DNA of 64,000 bases from Octopus vulgaris (Eukaryota). Each line of letters begins with the position of its first letter. The first letter of the stretch is position 1. Below are positions 57,156-64,000 of the stretch, one piece after another. A program made the position numbers and the translations under genes. The notes under the pieces were generated by a model. It saw only the letters and a program-made list of their open reading frames with translations, was not told the DNA's origin and made no database searches. Where the stretch lies: assembly GCA_951406725.2 (NCBI GenBank), contig OX597823.1, forward strand, positions 14,260,001-14,324,000. The letters run 5' to 3'.

Positions 57156-57389
57156 TAGTCAGAATCTCATCTCAGATGCAGCACTATTTATATTCCAGAC
57201 AGAGTCGTTTTGTTTCGCTTTATTCATTCATTAACTTTCAACCCATTCATCAGTCTTGCCAGCAGGATTGTTTTAGTTATGTCCCTTTATTTTCTGAATT
57301 CAGATCTCACTAGCCCGTAGCTAACAGTTGCATCATACTGTCTTTCTCTTCCTGATCGTGAAAGCATACCATAACTTTTAATCTAAATA

Positions 57390-57743
57390 CTACTTACCAT
57401 AAAAGGGGGTAAAGACCCCCTTCGGTCATGAATGACCATGGGTTTGCACCTAGAAAGTTACCCCCCTAGACACAAGTCCGGGCGAGGTTGTTTATGGAAG
57501 ACCAGCAGTCGCCCATGCATACCGGCCTCCCCTCTCCACGCCACCGATGTTATCCAAGGGAAAGACAAAGGTCGATACAGCTTGGCACCAGTGACGTCGC
57601 AACTCATTTCTACAGCTGAGTGAACTGGAGCAACGTGAAATAAAGTGCTTTGCTCAAGAACACAACATGCAGCCCGGTCCGGGATTTGAGCTCACAACCT
57701 CACGATCGTAAGCTCGACGCTCTAACCACTGAGCCATGCGCCC
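57390..57743 (-). mobile_element. tRNA-Arg(ACG)-like-headed SINE
   Basis: Head GGCGCATGGCTCAGTGGTTAGAGCGTCGAGCTTACGATC; 18-bp TSD TAACTTTTAATCTAAATA. Same family at 40575-40900(+), head only at 43682-43743(+). Confidence 0.9.
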
Positions 57744-58262
57744 TAACTTTTAATCTAAATAGTGTGAAATTTTAAAACTTCATTTTTTATGGCCCTATAT
57801 GGGTTAAACGCAAATGATATGCTTATGTACACGTATGTATATGAGCGGGGTGTACTAATTATTCTAATATGTAACCCCGAATTGAAACTGTAACTCAGTT
57901 GCAAATAACACAACATGTTTTTTTCATTATTTTGTTCCATTTTTTTTTTTGTTTTTCTTTTTGTTTTTCGTTTTCTTTATTTCTGAAAGGTTGATAAAAT
58001 ACGTCTCCAAATATAGACGTCAATTCGGTCGTCTCTAATCTCACCTATCACCGAAGCAACAACAACAACAACAATAAGGAATAGCTCCGGGCTAAATAAC
58101 AGCATGGACATACACTAAGAAGTTCTCTCCACAATGCAAACTTAATCCAACAACATCGGTGCAACGAAAGGAAAACTTCGCGATACAACTGTGGGAAAAG
58201 TTCAGTTAAACCAAAGGAGCTAAAAAATCGGAAGTATTTTCCCTAAATACAGTGCGCGATAT

Positions 58263-58682
58263 GGATCTTTTCGGTTTGAACGGCAGTTTTTTCTAGCGTT
58301 GTCATATGCAATTGTCACCCATAATTATGACCTTAGTATCGATCTATTGCATTTCAATCTGTTTTAGAGTTAGGGTTAGGGTTAGGGGTGAGGGGAAGGG
58401 TATCTTTTTTTCTTCACAAATGTAAATAAACCCAATCTGTTTCTTAAACGAGCGACATATTCATACGGCACAAAATGTTTACCTCAATAGATGACATTGA
58501 TTGGTTGAAATTGCAGAAAGTGAAGAAAAAAAACAACAAATATCTTACAAACTATAGAATTTTCTCAATAAAACCAAGAAAAAAAGATGTTTTATAAACA
58601 CATTCTACCAGTATACGAAGTTTAAATTTTTTTAGTTACCTAGAAATTATGTTAAAAACTGCCGTTCAAACCGAAAAGATCC
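58263..58682 (+). mobile_element. MITE family A, copy 5
   Basis: Perfect TIRs; 8-bp TSD CGCGATAT. Confidence 0.93.
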
Positions 58683-59248
58683 CGCGATATCTCAATTTGA
58701 CATACGCAAGACGTTGAAACCAGCACCAAGAACCCAGGAAAAAATCCACCAAACACTCTAATAACACAGTAGGTACGTAAATTGAATAATTGCCTATACA
58801 TGCAACTGCCCATAAATCCATGTGCACATGCTAATATTTATAAGCAACATAAATAATGCCCACACGACACATACATGCACATACAAAAACTAAAAGAAAA
58901 ACACATGTCACGATCGACGCCGAACCAAACAAAAACAAAGCGACTTCCCACGAACGAATATAAAAAAGGAGCAAATTAGTCACGCAGTTTAAAACATCAC
59001 TAAACAGTTATGCCCCGAAACAGCTACCAAGAAAAGAAAATAAAAGAATAGAGGTGATTTTCTATGTATTAGCCTACTGTATGACAGATATATCCATTCG
59101 AGGAACAAGGAAGTGGTGTTGTATCAAAAAGTCGCTCGAATACTCCGGGTGGTGCTCGAAGAATAAGGGGTGTTACCTTAGTTCACTGGTAGTGAACAGC
59201 TGACACAGTAGTACATCTCCAGCATTAGAATCTGTGCAAAGACAATAA

Positions 59249-59315
<67 letters not shown>

Positions 59316-60410
59316 TCTTTTGGAGGCACAATGCCTCAGATTTGGGGTGGGAAGGGCTAGTTGATTATATCGACCCAAGTGTTTAACTGGTGCTTAATTT
59401 ATCGACCCCGAAAAGATGAAAGGTGAAGTCGACCTCGGTGGAATTTGAACTTAGAACGTAACGGCAGACGCAATACCTATTTCTTTACTACCCACAGGGG
59501 GCTAAACACAGAGAGGACAAACAAGGACAGACAAACGGATTAAGCCGATTACATCGACCCCAGTGGGTAACTGGTACTTAATTTATCGACCCCGAAAGGA
59601 TGAAAGGCAAAGTCGACCTCGGCTGAATTTGAACTCAGAACGTAGAGGCAGACGCAATACCGCAAGGCATTTCGCCCGGCGTGCTAAAGTTTCTGCCTGC
59701 TCGCCGCCTTTGGTCTATTAGAATAATGAAGTGTACAAAATAATCGTTTCTACCATAGGCACAAGGCCCGAAATTTTGGGGGAGCGGGGCAGTCGATTAG
59801 ATCGACTTAGTACACAACTGATACTTAATTCATCAACCCCGAAAGGATGAAAAGCAAAGTCGAACTCAGCGGAATTTGAACTCAGAACCTAAAAAAAAAA
59901 GAAACAAAATAATAAAAAAAGCATTTTGTGTTATTTGCAACTGAGTTACAGTTTCAATTCGTGGTTACATATTAGGGTAATTAGTACACCCTGCTTATAT
60001 ACGTGTACATAAGCATATCATTTGCGTTTAACCCATATAGGGCCATAAAAAAATGAAATCTTAAAATTTCACAGTTTTTAGATAAAAAGTTATGGTAAGC
60101 TTTCACGATCTGGAAGTGAAGGACAGTATGCAGCTGTTAGCTACGGGTGTCGACTACCTACTGAACATTTCGTATACTTAGTCAGATGCTTCCCGGCGAG
60201 TTCGTGTCCAAACAAGTAGGAGCAGGTTTTGCGTTGCGAAAACGCAACCAGGGGTATATATGGGCAAGGCAGCTAACTCTTGCTGGTTCAGACTATTTCA
60301 CTGTAAACCTACCTTCAAACTTCTCTGGCACACGTATATCAAGAACTCAATGACCAGATTATCTAAAGATCCTTTTTTTTTTAATGACAGAATGATATGA
60401 TTTATAGAGA

Positions 60411-60690
60411 TGTAGCGTTATTGATATTCTCACTGTTTGAAAGACACAATAAGAATGATCTCGTTTGAGATTACAACCATCTTTGGCTAGTTTGACCCTG
60501 TTGTGTCCACTGATCTGATTGGTTGGCTTTACACTCTGGCGCGAAATAAGTAGAGAGACAGACCGCGCTAGATGCCAACCAATCAGATCAGTGGACACAA
60601 CAGGGTCAAACTAGCCAAAGATGGTTGTAATCTCAAACGAGATCATTCTTATTGTGCCTCTCAAACAGTGAGGATATCAATATCGCTACA
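60411..60690. repeat. Near-perfect 280-bp fold-back element with TGT...ACA termini
   Basis: Arms 60411-60527 and 60574-60690 (117 bp each, 4 mismatches); flanks AGAGA/AGAGC. Confidence 0.92.
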
Positions 60691-61214
60691 AGAGCCCCCT
60701 CCAGACGTTTTCTCGTAGACAAAACGGCGATAAAATGGAAGCGAAGATGATATCCGAACGGTTGCTCAAATAAACTGGCACTAAGTCACCAATGTGGAAC
60801 GTTCGAGTGAACGTAAGGCCCCTGAGAATAATAATGGCTGCATGTTCGAAAACGGCGGGTCACCAATTGTAACAGAATGAAGGTCTCAGGAACACTTGAG
60901 GGGTGTCGGTCTTATCCTGTTACATTCAATTGTGTCGAAAGGAAAACTAAAACTTCGACTATCTCCAACAGCAATAAATAATACTTTATTTTGTCTGGAT
61001 TCGCAAATAAAATATATACACATATATTTTCTTCAGGGCGAACCGGTAGCCAAGTCCATAAAACTATTCAAAATAGTTAACTTGTGTGAGCCAAAATGCT
61101 GTCTCCATTCCCGCGTAGAAGGGGGGCTTCTCTGCGTGTTGGGCTTTCCTTGAGAGAAGGGTTAAGTCATGTCCACTTGATAGGGCTGCAGCTTCAAAAA
61201 AGACCAACCTAGCG

Positions 61215-61345
61215 GGGAAAACTTTCTGTCGGCAGTTCTCTGCGCATGCGCATTAGGGAACTTCCGGTGGCCTGCGGGAAGCAATCCAACTCTGCGCATG
61301 CGCGCTGAAAACTTTCCAAAATAGCGTCACTACAGAGATATGTCC
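61215..61345. promoter_or_regulatory. Promoter-like motif cluster (2x NRF1-type, ETS-type, YY1-like)
   Basis: TGCGCATGCGCA 61241-61252, ACTTCCGGT 61260-61268, TGCGCATGCGC 61293-61303, CAAAATAGCG ~61317, duplicated GAAAACTTTC; locally CpG-rich. Confidence 0.5.
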
Positions 61346-62310
61346 GCTTTTTTTCGAGTAGGTCTTTAAATCATCAATGAATTAATGGCAATCAGACAGG
61401 AGAATTCTATGTAACTTTATCTTAATTTTAATTGTACAATATCAATCAATCTCCATCAAATGAATCTCTTTTGCAGATGGAGTATCTGGAAAGACGGTTT
61501 TGAATCAAATGCTGAATGAGTGACATGCTGTGGTTTTCATTATCGAGTGCATTTGATTTTATAATTGTTTCTGATAGGTTTTTCTTTCATTCTTAATCCC
61601 CATATGTCTGCTTATTATCATTGCGTCATTCGAAGTGTGTAAAAGTCATCATCCAGTTGTGCGATTTGGGAGTAAATATCAAAGGGAATTGGGAAAACCA
61701 AAGAGAGATAAATCAAACTGCTGTCATGCTGACGTGCATGTATGTGTGTATGTGTGTGTGTGTGTGTATGTTTGTGTATGTATGTATGTATGTATGTATG
61801 TGTATTTATGCATGTGTATGTGTGTATGCATGCATGAATGTATGTATGTGTATATGTATGTATGTATGAATGTATGTATGTATGTATGTATGTGTGTATG
61901 TGAGTGTGTATGTTTGTGTATGTATGTGTGTATGTATGTATGTGTATATGTATGTATGAATGTATGTGTGTGTATGCATGAATGTATGTATGTGTATATG
62001 TATGTATGTATGAATGTATGTATGTATGTATGTGTGTATGTGTGTGTGTATGTTTGTGTATGTATGTGTGTATGTATGTATGTGTATATGTATGTATGTA
62101 TGAATGTATGTGTGTGTATGTATGAATGTATGTATGTGTGTGTGTATGTATGAATGTATGTATGAATGTATGTATGTATGAATGTATGTATGTGTGTGTG
62201 TGCGTGTGTGTGTGTCAGTGTCTGTGTGTGTGTGCATGTTTCTGTGTGCTTGTGTGTGTATGTGTGTCAGTGTCTGTGTGTGTGAGTATGTATGTATGAA
62301 TGTATGTATG

Positions 62311-62344
<34 letters not shown>

Positions 62345-62709
62345 TGTGTGTGTCTGCATGTATGTATTCATGCATGTAAATACGTATGCATGAATGTATG
62401 TGTGTGTACGTATGTATTCTTGCATGCATGTATGCATGAATGTACGTACGTACGTATATATGTAAGTGTATATATGTATATATGTATTTATGCATATGTG
62501 TGTATGTACGTATGCATGAATGTATGTATATGTGTATGTATCTATGTACACATGAATTTATGCGTGTGTGTATGTGTGTATGTATGCATGAATGTATTCA
62601 TGTAGGTTTATGTGTACGTGTATGCATGTATTCGTACGCACAGATACACATATATTTACTTAATAACACAAGAATGCGCCATACTCATGACTTTTTTAGG
62701 CCCATGAGT

Positions 62710-62753
<44 letters not shown>

Positions 62754-64000
62754 ACTCACAAGCACACACACACACACACACACGACACACTCACAAGCAC
62801 ACACACACACACATGGATATATATATGCTGAAAAAGTTGTTATTTCGTATGAGAAAGCGTAGCAATTAACCTCTGCTTAGAACGCGTAAATTCATGCATA
62901 GCCGACTTTCATTCAGATATTGAACATGTGCGTGCACGCATACCCGCACCCCCACATGCATACATACACGCACACACACACACACACACACTCACATATA
63001 CACACACGTATACGCGCACATACGTATACACACGAGCGCGCACGCACTCACACGTGTACACCCACTTACATACACACGCGCGCATACACACACATACATG
63101 CACGCATTCACACACATACACGCATACAGACACTTACACACACATACACACATACGCACATACGCACACATACACTCACGCACATACGCATACATGCGCG
63201 CACACACACGATAACACACACACACACACACATACTACGCGCACGTACACACACACACATACTACGCGCACGCACACACACACACACATACTACGCGTAC
63301 GCACACACATACACATATTGATGGACTTCCTGCCGAGGATGACGTGTGTGAGTCCAGCAACAAAGCATAAAATCTTGAAGTTTTGCTACCCCAGCAAACC
63401 CCGTACAAGCATTATACTCTAATTAGAGTGGGTTCAAATTAAGCCTACACCTCTTCTAATTATATAACATGAACTTTTGCACAGTGTACCATACACATCA
63501 CAAAATGATGCATGTTAGTATTGTAGGGATCTAAGATCCGCACAGATCGATATCGATTTTCTAAACGATTGTAATCGATATTATGTATGAGGTCTTCTTA
63601 CTGAAGTTTGTCCAATATTGGTTTCACAATAAAGGCTGGGGTCGATCTAATCGACTGGTCCCCTCTTCAAAAATTTCGGGCTATGTGCCCAGAGTTGAAG
63701 AGAATAAGGGCGGTGAGCTGGCAGAAACGTTAGCACGCCGGGTGAAATGCTTAGCGGTATTTCGTCTGTCCTTGTTCGTCCCCTCTGTGTTTAGCCCCTT
63801 GTGGGTAGTAAAGAAATAGGAAATAGGTATTTCGTCTGTCGTTACGTTCTGAGTTCAAATTCCGCCGAGGTCGACTTTGCCTTTCATCCTTTCCGGGTCG
63901 ATTAAATAAGTACCAGTTACGCACTGGGGTCGATATAATCGACTTAATCCGTTTGTCTGTCCTTGTTTGTCCCCTCTGTGTTTAGCCCCTTGTGGGTAGT

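Larger units (their letters stand above)
57314..60147. mobile_element. Long-TIR (~230 bp) non-autonomous DNA element carrying nested insertions
   Basis: 57314-57389 plus 57762-57917 is the reverse complement of ~59921-60147; termini CCCGTAGCTAACAG / CTGTTAGCTACGGG. Left arm is split by a SINE with an 18-bp TSD. Confidence 0.75.

Overview
Animal genomic DNA, very probably an Octopus species (inferred from the SINE families and the extreme (TA)n/(CA)n/(CATA)n/(TATC)n/(AAT)n load). No intact host gene is evident. Nearly all long ORFs in the track are microsatellite translations. The window is a nested graveyard of mobile elements: one full-length but disrupted DD34D mariner, two decayed Penelope-like (RT/GIY-YIG) elements, restriction-like-endonuclease (RLE) and CR1-group LINE fragments, an RTE derivative, two small Helitrons, several MITE families and about 40 SINE copies or fragments. 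The most notable unannotated signals are: (i) at least 7 minimal type-I hammerhead ribozyme motifs from about 5 unrelated short modules, most beside (TA)n tracts, three sharing a non-canonical CUGU(C/U)GAA core; (ii) RLE retrotransposon 3' ends that consistently sit in (CATA)n arrays; (iii) a TTAGGG-containing MITE with 7-14 bp variable target-site duplications; (iv) single-headed SINE multimers with recurrent junctions; (v) a LINE/SINE shared 3' stem-loop with compensatory changes; (vi) several long fold-back structures, a duplicated motif-rich non-coding block, an NRF1/ETS promoter-like island and a possible signal-peptide exon. All assignments come from reading the sequence by eye; no searches were run.
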